Part shown: one piece after another, positions 21,623 to 33,165 of the stretch
Numbering within the stretch: the stretch's first letter is position 1
How the letters are laid out: each line of letters opens with the position of its first letter
From: Octopus bimaculoides
Taxonomy: Eukaryota
Length of the DNA: 34,060 bases
Direction of reading: 5' to 3'
Assembly (NCBI RefSeq): GCF_001194135.2
Contig: NC_068996.1
Coordinates: forward strand, 14,116,490 to 14,150,549
Position numbers and translations under genes: made by a program
The notes under the pieces: generated by a model
What the model was told of the DNA's origin: nothing
What the model saw: the letters and a program-made list of their open reading frames with translations, nothing else
Databases searched by the model: none

Positions 21623-22167
21623 CATGCGTTTTTATTGAAGAACGAGAAACGAAAATGTATTCACCCAGTCACGCTGTACTTAAACTTCGAGAAAACCTAT
21701 AGACAATACGTGTTTGTGTTGGCATGTATAGGTTTCGCCCTTAATGGGAAACCTACTGCAGACATTGATCTTTAAATGGATTTAGCAAGTTAAAACGTAC
21801 AAAAGAATCACTAAAAATCGATTAATCATCGATTAGCTCACCCCCTACCACAACAAACAAAGCCACGAAACCACCAAGACACCAAGACATCAAGCTAACG
21901 ATCACTTCGATCTTTTCATCTTAGATACATTCGCCCCACACCGTCCTGATTTCGTTGCCAGCTCGTTCCCTTCCCATCAAATTGATCGCCTCAAGAAATA
22001 AGAAACATTAACCGTCAGGTTTGTGTTAGTGTTTTACATTTAATGTGCTTAATGCGCATGCGTGTGCCAGCTACAACGTTTTTTTTTTTATTGATTCCAA
22101 ATTTTTTGCCCATAAACGACAGATGAACGTTATGTTTTTTTATTAAATAGAGACAGTTATTAGGGAG

Positions 22168-22204
22168 ATAGGTAGGTAGGCAGGTAGGTAAGTAGGTAGG
22201 TAGG

Positions 22205-22256
<52 letters not shown>

Positions 22257-22262
22257 CAGACA
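22168..22262. repeat. (GGTA)n-(GATA)n microsatellite
   Basis: Direct reading. Confidence 0.95.
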
Positions 22263-22385
22263 GACTGCTTGGGAGTGGGCGGATGGGTAAGATATAGGAC
22301 AAAATATCACACATGCACATACATGTATAAAGATACATATGCATGCACAAATACATGCACGCATACACTCACACACACACACACA

Positions 22386-22446
<61 letters not shown>

Positions 22447-22912
22447 NNNNNNNNNNNNNNNNNNNNNNNNNNNNNNNNNNNNNNNNNNNNNNNNNNNNNN
22501 NNNNNNNNNNNNNNNNNNNNNNNNNNNNNNNNNNNNNNNNNNNNNNNNNNNNNNNNNNNNNNNNNNNNNNNNNNNNNNNNNNNNNNNNNNNNNNNNNNNN
22601 NNNNNNNNNNNNNNNNNNNNNNNNNNNNNNNNNNNNNNNNNNNNNNNNNNNNNNNNNNNNNNNNNNNNNNNNNNNNNNNNNNNNNNNNNNNNNNNNNNNN
22701 NNNNNNNNNNNNNNNNNNNNNNNNNNNNNNNNNNNNNNNNNNNNNNNNNNNNNNNNNNNNNNNNNNNNNNNNNNNNNNNNNNNNNNNNNNNNNNNNNNNN
22801 NNNNNNNNNNNNNNNNNNNNNNNNNNNNNNNNNNNNNNNNNNNNNNNNNNNNNNNNNNNNNNNNNNNNNNNNNNNNNNNNNNNNNNNNNNNNATATATAT
22901 ATATATATATAT

Positions 22913-23066
22913 ACAACGGGCTTCTTTAAGTTTCCGTCTACAAATCCACTCAGAAGGCTCTGGTCGGCCCGAGGTTTTAGTAGAAGACTAAGGTACCACA
23001 CATTGGGAATGAACTAGGAACCATGCGGTTGGGAAGCAAGCTCCTTACCGCACAATCACTCATGCG
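22913..23066 (-). mobile_element. Main-family SINE, 5' half
   Basis: ACGGGCTTCTTTAAGTTTCCGTCTAC...GGTCGGCCCGAGG...GGAACCATG matches 9720-9880. Confidence 0.82.
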
Positions 23067-23111
23067 CGCGCACACAGGCATACACACGCGCGCGCGTACA
23101 TATATATAAAT

Positions 23112-23500
23112 ATTATTTGTTTCAATAACCAGACAGCGGCCATGCTAGAGCGTTTTCAAGTTAGTAAAGCAGTTCGTCTAGAAAACTTATGTTTTTAAGC
23201 GTACTAATTCTACGAGTGTCTTATTACCTAACCGTTAAGTTAGAAAGACATGAAGTCATACCAGTGGTCAAGTGGTAGCATGGAGACAAGCATAACCCTC
23301 TCACACACAGACTTACATGTGCATTATACAGGACGGGTATCTTTTTTTTTTTATTACTTTCCGTCAAACAATAATCACAAGCGTTTGGTCAACTGGAAGC
23401 TATAGCGGAAGACTAACATGCCTAGTGTCCCACGCTGTAGGACTGAACCCGAAACTACGTGGTTAAGAAACAAATTTCTTACCGCGCAACCACGCCTCCA
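23112..23500 (-). mobile_element. Main-family SINE, old full-length copy
   Basis: Tail, body and head (GGACTGAACCCGAAAC) colinear but heavily diverged. Confidence 0.65.
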
Positions 23501-23662
23501 CCAGTCAAGATTAAACACAAAACTTCTGGGCTTTCGTCCAATCCATTTTCTCCGTCTACTATTCATTGCATGATCGTGACACCTCCCCCATATAGTTTTA
23601 TCCAAAGCAACTGTCATCACATTTTCCTGCTGAACTCTCAAGCATGACCTACTGAAACGTTT

Positions 23663-23994
23663 CTTTTATACTTTTACTTGTTTCAGTCATTTAACTGTGG
23701 TCATACTAGGGCACCGCTTCGTAGGATTTAAGTCGAACAAATCAACACTAAGACTTATTTTTTAAAGCCTAGTATTTATTCTATCAGTTGTTTATGCCGA
23801 ATCGCTAAGTCACGGTATATAAACACACCAACACCGATTTTTAAACAGTTTCCGTCTATCAAGTCCACTCACAAGGCTTTGGTCGTCTCGTGGCTTTAGT
23901 AGAAGACACTTGTCCAAGGTACCACAGAGCGGGACTGAACCCGGAACCATGTGGTAGGGAAGCAAGCTTCTTATCACACAGCCACGCCTGCGTC
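23663..23994 (-). mobile_element. Main-family SINE lacking the central microsatellite segment
   Basis: Tail and body joined directly to CAGTTTCCGTCTA; intact head ...CACACAGCCACGCCTGCG. Confidence 0.88.
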
Positions 23995-24802
23995 TGTGGA
24001 TATTATCTCATCAATACGTTCTTGGTCTAGCTCTAGGTTTTCTGCTGGTTGGCTCAGCTTGAAGAATCTGTCTTGCTATTTTTTACTGCAATATTCTAAT
24101 CACGTGTCAGTAGTACCGGAGTTTGTGAACTCACAAAGCGTAAAATACTTTACAAAGCAATTAGGTAACATCTAATTAACCTACAGCTGCGACCCTGACA
24201 GGCGCTACTACTCAGGGTCAGTGGTGACCTGGGAACAATAATGATTCAGAAGTGGTCTCACAATTCTGAAAACCCTAAAAATCGCGAACCATGGCTCAAG
24301 TACCATGTATTTTTGAATCAATACACTCAACGATTATCCTAGCGGTATCTATTGGCAATAAAACGAAATATAAAAAATACCTCACACTTATAGGTTACCT
24401 GTATAGATGAATGACTCACACATATATAAATCTAAGCCATCTAAATTTATAAAGATAACACGTGTGCATTATTTACTTAGGGGCATCAAAGCAGTGATAT
24501 AAAGCCTTTTTTTTTTCAGAAGCAGATATGTTTTAAGATGGACGCTGATAAAAGAAAACGGTAATTTCATTTGAATAGTTTTGTACAAAGGATTAAGAGA
24601 TAATATTTTAAGAGTGATTGGCAGGTTTTCTCCTCTTTGATCAAGATTTGATTGTGAGCCAGAACTCCTTGTTAGGTCGTGAGTATGAGTAAAGGCTGAA
24701 TCAGAGATTCTTGAAAAATAGATTTAAAGGGACCAAGAAAATATAATTCAAATAAGATATAAAAATAAATTTTCAGTTGATAAGAAACTAGACGTATTTC
24801 AG

Positions 24803-24870
24803 TTTTTTTACTTCTTACAGTCATTGGACTACGGCCATTTTGGAGCACTGGTTTGATGGGTTTTATAGTT
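24803..24870 (-). mobile_element. SINE/LINE 3' tail remnant
   Basis: TTTTACTTCTTACAGTCATTGGACTACGGCCATTTTGGAGCAC. Confidence 0.55.
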
Positions 24871-24992
24871 CGTGACAAAGAGCGAGTTGTTGGTGTAAAT
24901 CTGTTGCAATCGTCCACAAAACTTCAGGCCATTTTGAATTGAGTGAACGGTTGCTAAAATCATTTGTAACTCCTACAATATGTGATGAATGC

Positions 24993-25076
24993 CATTTTCT
25001 TTCGTCTGTCCACTCACTCATGTATATATATATATATATATATGCACATGAGTGAGTGGACAGACGAAAGAATATG
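24993..25076. repeat. Near-perfect hairpin centred on (TA)n
   Basis: 24997-25023 is the exact reverse complement of 25046-25072 (27 bp), extendable 4 bp with one mismatch; the loop is (AT)10GC. Confidence 0.95.
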
Positions 25077-25601
25077 AGGATAAAATAACAATTAAATCTG
25101 TACAATTACAGTTGTTTCATAATCCACTTTAAACTACATTATTGACTCTAATTCTTAAGTAACTATAGTGTATATACACTTGACATATGTATTATGTACA
25201 TATATGTATGCAACTGTATGCATACATTGTGCACATACAAATGTATATTTACTTAGCGATTTATGTATTTCCTATTTCTTTAAGTACATTACTGTCTAAT
25301 TGAAAACACAGCTATCAGATACGCTTTTAACCACATTCTTTGGATGAGAGTAACATGGCTTTTTCCGTCTTTTTCCTTACACCTACGACATCACGAGTCT
25401 TGATATAAAGGACACAGTTGTGGCATCAACCATGGTTCACTCGAAACAATTGTCAAAAGCAAAATATTACATAACTTTTCTTGTTTAATTAATTTACTTT
25501 ATTTTTGTATTACATGTAATTTTGCTCATTACGCCTACACATACGTATACATACATGCATATTTACATACACATATGCATATACATACATGTATATATAT
25601 A

Positions 25602-25648
<47 letters not shown>

Positions 25649-26645
25649 NNNNNNNNNNNNNNNNNNNNNNNNNNNNNNNNNNNNNNNNNNNNNNNNNNNN
25701 NNNNNNNNNNNNNNNNNNNNNNNNNNNNNNNNNNNNNNNNNNNNNNNNNNNNNNNNNNNNNNNNNNNNNNNNNNNNNNNNNNNNNNNNNNNNNNNNNNNN
25801 NNNNNNNNNNNNNNNNNNNNNNNNNNNNNNNNNNNNNNNNNNNNNNNNNNNNNNNNNNNNNNNNNNNNNNNNNNNNNNNNNNNNNNNNNNNNNNNNNNNN
25901 NNNNNNNNNNNNNNNNNNNNNNNNNNNNNNNNNNNNNNNNNNNNNNNNNNNNNNNNNNNNNNNNNNNNNNNNNNNNNNNNNNNNNNNNNNNNNNNNNNNN
26001 NNNNNNNNNNNNNNNNNNNNNNNNNNNNNNNNNNNNNNNNNNNNNNNNNNNNNNNNNNNNNNNNNNNNNNNNNNNNNNNNNNNNNNNNNNNNNNNNNNNN
26101 NNNNNNNNNNNNNNNNNNNNNNNNNNNNNNNNNNNNNNNNNNNNNNNNNNNNNNNNNNNNNNNNNNNNNNNNNNNNNNNNNNNNNNNNNNNNNNNNNNNN
26201 NNNNNNNNNNNNNNNNNNNNNNNNNNNNNNNNNNNNNNNNNNNNNNNNNNNNNNNNNNNNNNNNNNNNNNNNNNNNNNNNNNNNNNNNNNNNNNNNNNNN
26301 NNNNNNNNNNNNNNNNNNNNNNNNNNNNNNNNNNNNNNNNNNNNNNNNNNNNNNNNNNNNNNNNNNNNNNNNNNNNNNNNNNNNNNNNNNNNNNNNNNNN
26401 NNNNNNNNNNNNNNNNNNNNNNNNNNNNNNNNNNNNNNNNNNNNNNNNNNNNNNNNNNNNNNNNNNNNNNNNNNNNNNNNNNNNNNNNNNNNNNNNNNNN
26501 NNNNNNNNNNNNNNNNNNNNNNNNNNNNNNNNNNNNNNNNNNNNNNNNNNNNNNNNNNNNNTATATATATATATATATATATATGCATATATATTTATAT
26601 TCTTATACATACATATCTATATATATATACATATGTTTACATATA

Positions 26646-27815
26646 CAGGTGTTGGACGAAATAATGGAAACACCTTAAAATTCCAAACAAATATATTTTG
26701 ATATGGAGTAGGGCCGCCTTTGGCAGTAATTACAGCTTGAACAGTCTCCAGTTCTTGCAATGATGATGGTGGAGGATATCAACTCCTTACTTGTTTTTCT
26801 AAAATGCACCATAAATGTTCAATAATATTGGGATCTGGGGTCTGTATTGGCCAGATTAGATGTTCAACTTCACTAGAATGTTCCTGGTGCCATTCAGTAA
26901 CAACTTTAGCTGTGTGAATTGGTGCATTATCATCCTGAAAGATTGCATTTCCCTCCAGAAACAGTTCCACAAACATAGGATGAATTTGATCAAATAAAAT
27001 GCTTTAAGTAGTCTTGGCTATTAATTCTGCCATGAAGGGAAACCATTGGGCTGACAGATTTCCAAGATATAGCTCCCCAGATTATCACAGATCCTCCTCC
27101 ATGTTTAACAGTTGGAAAAAGGCAGTCTGGGTCAAATGCTTCTTTTGGCTGTCTCCACACGCATACTCCGCCGGTGGTTGAAAATAAGGTAAAAGATGAC
27201 TCATCTGAGAAAATAACATTCTTCCACTGCTCTAGGGACCAATTCTGTAGGTTTTTAGTCCACTCTCAACGCTTTGAAGCATTTTGTTTTTGAAGGTAGT
27301 GGTTTTCTGATTGCAGCCTTCTCGTGAAATCCGGGTTTGTGCAGCTCCCGGTGAACAGTTCTTTGTGGAAACTGGGTTCTCGGGGTGGTCATTAAGCTCT
27401 GCAGTAATTTTAGGAGCTGTACTTTTATGATCCTTTCTAACAATTCGCGTATGAGTCCAACGGTCCCTAACTGAAAGTTTGGGTTTTCTTCCGGAGTTTT
27501 CTTTCGACGAGGAGGTTTTCCCTTCTTTTCAAAGGCTGTCATTACTTTCGGCTGTTTTCGTTACGCTAGCGTCTGCCATACGAACGCCAACAATTTGATC
27601 TCTTTGAAAGTCCAATAGATCTGTAATTTTAATGAATTTTAATTACTTTTTTCTGATGATATCTGAAAAGAAACAGCAATTTTAGCAAAACATATTAAGC
27701 AACACTAATAATAAATCAAAGAACATAAAAATAACCAAGCTTTTGACGGTTTATAGATATTTCAAAATTATGATGCTATGATGCTAGGTGTTTCCATTAT
27801 GTTGTTCCACCCTTG
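26646..27815 (-). mobile_element. Decayed Tc1-type transposon with DD36E spacing (Incomer-like), both TIRs present
   Basis: TIRs 26646-26675 / 27786-27815 match 24/30 (inner ATAATGGAAACACCT identical), left TA; fragments DFQRDQIVG, SGRKPKLS, FSDESSF, KHGGGSVIIWG, FQDDNAPIH-(36 aa between D and E)-PDPNIIEHLW, AVITAKGGPT; frameshifts and deletions. Confidence 0.9.
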
Positions 27816-28288
27816 CATATTTGTAGTTTTGGATTATAATTTTATTCTTTTTTTTTTTTTAATTCTAATGTTATTGCTATGTAGTTGAGTGGCTAACGAT
27901 CACAAAACATAGGAATTTGTATAAATTTTTTTTACAATCCAGTAATTCTTTCACACGGAATTTCGTCTATCTACACACCAATTGCCCTCACGAGGCTCAT
28001 ATATACGGGAATTCAATTGTTTATATATCAAAAAATGTTGGCTTCTTTGATTTTTTTAAATAATTGTTTACGTTATATCATATTATATAACATTCATAGT
28101 ATATTATGTTATATTATGATATAAATAAATTATTGGATTGTAATTTGTATCTCTCTATTTAATTTATTGTTTGTAATTTGAATTATATCCATATTCATGC
28201 AATATTCAACAGACGTACCAGTGAATTGGATGTTTTACACACTTCTTTGAAGGAATTTTTTCCCTTGTTATTTACCTTATATATATAT

Positions 28289-28323
<35 letters not shown>

Positions 28324-29146
28324 TATGTATTATATATATATATATATTTACATGTATATATATATACATATATTTGTATATATATATATATATATATATA
28401 TANNNNNNNNNNNNNNNNNNNNNNNNNNNNNNNNNNNNNNNNNNNNNNNNNNNNNNNNNNNNNNNNNNNNNNNNNNNNNNNNNNNNNNNNNNNNNNNNNN
28501 NNNNNNNNNNNNNNNNNNNNNNNNNNNNNNNNNNNNNNNNNNNNNNNNNNNNNNNNNNNNNNNNNNNNNNNNNNNNNNNNNNNNNNNNNNNNNNNNNNNN
28601 NNNNNNNNNNNNNNNNNNNNNNNNNNNNNNNNNNNNNNNNNNNNNNNNNNNNNNNNNNNNNNNNNNNNNNNNNNNNNNNNNNNNNNNNNNNNNNNNNNNN
28701 NNNNNNNNNNNNNNNNNNNNNNNNNNNNNNNNNNNNNNNNNNNNNNNNNNNNNNNNNNNNNNNNNNNNNNNNNNNNNNNNNNNNNNNNNNNNNNNNNNNN
28801 NNNNNNNNNNNNNNNNNNNNNNNNNNNNNNNNNNNNNNNNNNNNNNNNNNNNNNNNNNNNNNNNNNNNNNNNNNNNNNNNNNNNNNNNNNNNNNNNNNNN
28901 NNNNNNNNNNNNNNNNNNNNNNNNNNNNNNNNNNNNNNNNNNNNNNNNNNNNNNNNNNNNNNNNNNNNNNNNNNNNNNNNNNNNNNNNNNNNNNNNNNNN
29001 NNNNNNNNNNNNNNNNNNNNNNNNNNNNNNNNNNNNNNNNNNNNNNNNNNNNNNNNNNNNNNNNNNNNNNNNNNNNNNNNNNNNNNNNNNNNNNNNNNNN
29101 NNNNNNNNNNNNNNNNNNNNNNNTATATATATACACATATACTCTC

Positions 29147-29406
29147 TTTTGAAATGATAGTATGAAATTTAATATCAAAAACATTCCTCACGAAGATATA
29201 TATGTCTAAAATAGTATTGTATTAAAGATATATGTAAATATATGAAACATGAATTTGTTCTCAGGCGGCTGAGAACAAAGGTTCCCGACAGGGTCAACAT
29301 AGATTCTTGTTTTCTTGTGTTGGAGGACCTCAGTATCCATTCTGTCACATATATCTTCGTGAGGAATTATTTTTTTGATATTAAATTTCATGCTTTCATT
29401 TCAAAA
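29147..29406. mobile_element. Inverted-repeat (MITE-like) element enclosing a CR1-like RT fragment
   Basis: 29147-29201 vs reverse complement of 29349-29406 differ by about 3 substitutions plus one small indel; 29262-29339 on minus reads WILRSSNTRKQESMLTLSGTFVLSRL and matches 30312-30359 at 44/48. Confidence 0.75.
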
Positions 29407-29529
29407 TACAGAATATATAATCGCTCGTATTAATGTCTAAATACTTTATAGCATTAATATTTTTGACATTTTATACAAAGCGCACTCATTATGAATTCAG
29501 CGTGTAATATTCTAAGAGAATATAGATCA

Positions 29530-29710
29530 TTATATATATATATGTACGTATATGTACATATATACATGCATATATATATATACATATATACATAAACATA
29601 TATATACACACATACATACATGTATATATATACACATATACATACATGTATATATATATACATATATACACATATACATATATATATACATATATATATA
29701 CATATATATA
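29530..29710. repeat. TA/TACA microsatellite abutting the LINE tail
   Basis: Direct reading. Confidence 0.92.
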
Positions 29711-31046
29711 TTTTACTCTTTTACTTGTCTCAGCCATGCGGTCGTCGTCAGGCTGGAGCACCACCATGGTCTCTCTGACTTCATCAGTCTAAGTGTTTCA
29801 CACCACCACTCCTGTATGTGCCTTTGTCCCAGCTGTTGGTATATTTGGTGTATAAGGGCGTTTGATTTTGCTGCCCTCGTCTGTACCTCATGTCGGGCGG
29901 TATTGTAGAGAGGAGGATGTCCAGTTCTTTTTGAAGACATCTTCCATCTTATACAAATGTTTGTGGCAGGGAATTGAAGAGCTGTGGGTCTTTGAACCCT
30001 AGACTATTGCAGTACCTGATCCTGAATTTAGATGGAGTGGATGGTACCTTTAGTACAAAATAATGGCGGCCACTTGTGGCATTTGTATAACACTCAATGC
30101 CAAAGTTAGGTACTAGCCGTTCTAGGATTTTTCATATGTATATTATTGCATATCTCTCACGCCTTCGCTCCAGGGAGTAATGTTGTAGGTTTCTCAGTCT
30201 GTAGCCCATCCGCTGCACTGTTTCAATCATTTTAGTGTAGTGACGTTGGGCTGCTTCCAGCTCAACTGTTAGTTTGGCATTGTGTGGTGACCATAATGGA
30301 GAGCAGTAGTCCAGGCGGCTGAGAACAAAGGTTCTCGACAGGGTTAGCATAGTTTCTTGGTCTCCATTCTGCCAATTGTCTGCAGTTTGTTTCCATCTTG
30401 CTAATGTGCATATATAATGATGCGTCATTGCACATACTGATCCCAAAGTCTTTCACTGACATTGACTCTGGGATTGCAGTGCCTTCGGGTACTGTATATG
30501 TAGATTGTACTGTAATCGTGAGTTGATGGTGCAGTTCTTGAATTTTCTTGCATTAAACTGCATATTGCTTACTTCGGCCCACTTGTATCTTGAATTTATG
30601 TCCTGATGTAATGTAACCTTGTGATATTATTTTGTTTTTTTATTGCCTATGATAATTTTGTGTCATCGGCATAGCTAGTGACAGTGACTGTCCGTGGCCC
30701 CTGAACAGTTACCTAAGGACAGTGGCTGTCCGTGGTCCCAGAACAGTTCCCTGAGATACCACTTAGGTAGCTTTAGCCAATGGTACCCATTCTAAGGAAA
30801 CTCTTTTTTAGAGCTGCAATATCAAAGAATTCAACCGGATCTTTTTTTATCTGAATATGTCCAAGGGGGAAAGTGAAAACACTTTTAAATTGTTCACTGA
30901 GTATCTCGCTTATCCATCCTGGTTCCGCCGTCAGTGAGTCATTCCTTTGGAAAAATGGTCCTATTTTATACTGTACTGTGGCTGGTTCCTTTGTGAATTT
31001 ATAGAATGCTTTGGGATTTGTTTTTATGCTTTCCATAGCTCGTTTC

Positions 31047-31105
<59 letters not shown>

Positions 31106-31450
31106 TTCTCTTTCTCTCTCTGCTCTTTCCCTTACATGAGAGAGTTTGATCTTGCTTTCAATTTTTTGGAGCACCCGTATTAAGATAGACTTCTCTCTAT
31201 GCTTCAGTTGACCTACATCTCATGAAGATTTTTCAGTCCCTGGAAATGTTGTTTGTCGGTGTGCTGGCCTATCTTTCTTGGACATATTTAGTGCATATAG
31301 CTTGCACTGTTGACATAAACTGGCTGAGTTTCAAATCAATATATTGCATACACAAAATGTTGAACCAGCTTCGATTGTGGATCCCTTTGCGGATTAATTC
31401 CCATTTTGCCTTATAGAAATTCAGATTGGATAAGGTCTGAGTCTTCCTCC
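29711..31450 (-). mobile_element. CR1-like LINE ORF2 remnant (post-endonuclease linker, deleted RT with YADD, C-terminus, 3' tail)
   Basis: NLNFYKAKWELIR; KTNPKAFYKF...IGP...SEQFKSVFT; ISQGTVLGP; TSYADDTKL (30662-30673); NMQFNARKF; LSRLDYCSPLWSP...LEAAQR...LERRRERYAIIYI; internal deletions, a 37-bp tandem duplication (30684-30757) and a (CT)n insertion (31044-31120). Confidence 0.9.
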
Positions 31451-31494
31451 TAGGACATATACTTACACACACACACAAACACACATTCATTTGC

Positions 31495-31562
<68 letters not shown>

Positions 31563-31586
31563 ATATGTATATATATNNNNNNNNNN

Positions 31587-31635
<49 letters not shown>

Positions 31636-31643
31636 CATACATG

Positions 31644-32452
31644 CAGGATGCGGTGAATGAACTGTGGTCTAAATTACGCAAAAATGAAAACAAATGTATT
31701 TACCAAAATTACATCAAAGTTTCTTGAAAGAGTAGAATCATTCAATAAAGTCGCCATTGGCTTCAATCACGACCTCCAAACAACTTTAGAAACTTTAGAA
31801 TCTCCTGCAACTCTTCTGGACGGTCTCTTTTTTTATGTTGATGCATACTGGCTTGATCCTTGCCTTTAGTTCATCTTTGGTGTTACAAGGAGTTTTGTTT
31901 GTCTCTCGCTCAACTGCGCGCCACACATAACAATCAAGCGGGGTGTAGTCTGGGGAGTTAGGTGGCCAGATATTAGTGGTGATGTGATTGCAGAAATTGT
32001 CTGACAGCGATAATTCGATTCCCCTGCTTGTGTAGCATGATGCAGGGTCCTGTTGCCAGACATAGGGTCTTCCAGCAGCCACCCTCTTGACCCAGAGCTG
32101 TATTACCACCTCTAGGCACTTAATGTAGACCTATGGTTTGAGCCTGAGGTCGAGTGGTAAGTTGAATGGAGGCATAACGTCGTTGTTACTGGTGATCACT
32201 CCAAACACCATGATGTTGACTGGGTCTTTGATTTTTTATCCTTCCTCAGATTGACACGCAAACACTCTGAAATGAACATGTTAGAGCTTCCGACGCAAAT
32301 GCCAAGCAGTACAGCATGTCATTTCCAAATTTCTGGCAGAAGGAACTGTGTCATGGTGCTGTCACTACTATATTTGTAATCGTCAAAAGCAAAAACAAGG
32401 GCATGCGCGAAATAATAGTATAAAATGGAGATAATTTACACATCGCAGTCTG
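31644..32452 (-). mobile_element. Internally deleted DD37D (maT-type) Tc1/mariner element
   Basis: WQQD-(37 aa)-D in ...WPPNSPDYTPLDCYVW; upstream IMVFGVITSNNDVMPPF; N-terminus MTQFLLPEIWK fused by a large deletion; degenerate TIRs CAGGATGCGG / CATCGCAGTCTG-TA (13/20). Confidence 0.85.
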
Positions 32453-32454
32453 TA

Positions 32455-32595
32455 TATGCATAGATGTATTAGTTTGACGCTCAGAAAAAATGGAAAATTT
32501 CTATAATTTTCGAGCCTACGCTCTTCAACAGAAAATAACAAGAGGAAATACACACAGAGAAAATGAATAAAACTTGTAGAGTTCAAGGGGCCAGC
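32455..32595 (-). mobile_element. Possible Penelope-type tail fragment with hammerhead-like motif
   Basis: Minus strand CTGTTGA-A-GAGC-GTAG-GCTC-GAAA (32508-32531) with a perfect 4-bp stem II; flanking stems weak. Confidence 0.35.
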
Positions 32596-33165
32596 ATATA
32601 TATATATATATATATATACGTGCGTGTGTGTGTATACATATATATATATATATAAATGTGCGTATGTATATATATATTTACATATATATGTATGTATATA
32701 TATTTACATATATATATATATATATAAATATAATATTTAGATATACACACACACTCAAACACATATATATATATATATACATACCTATTTACATATATGT
32801 TTATATACACATATTTACAAATATATATATAAACATACATACATATATATATACACACAAAATCTGATTCTCCCCAAAACACTGTGAAATCGAAGGGACC
32901 ATTTCAACANNNNNNNNNNNNNNNNNNNNNNNNNNNNNNNNNNNNNNNNNNNNNNNNNNNNNNNNNNNNNNNNNNNNNNNNNNNNNNNNNNNNNNNNNNN
33001 NNNNNNNNNNNNNNNNNNNNNNNNNNNNNNNNNNNNNNNNNNNNNNNNNNNNNNNNNNNAGCATTCTGCCCTTTTTTTTTTCATTTTCTTATTATTTCTC
33101 CACGTGCGGTTAACACAACCCCACTATTTACTGACTTGTACCTTCTACCACACGTGAGATACAGA

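Noticed and set aside
21815-21836. Paired ATCGAT motifs (AATCGATTAATCATCGATTA) as a CUT/ONECUT-type enhancer
   Set aside because: Short motifs occur by chance in AT-rich DNA; no conservation or chromatin evidence available.
29768-29792. CTGATGA-A-GTC-AGAGA-GAC on the minus strand in the LINE 3' UTR
   Set aside because: No GAAA or stem III follows, so it is not a complete hammerhead.
120-33084. Dozens of long ORFs in the supplied track (YIYI, CVCV, THTH, ERER, poly-X)
   Set aside because: They are translations of microsatellites or N-gaps, not genes.
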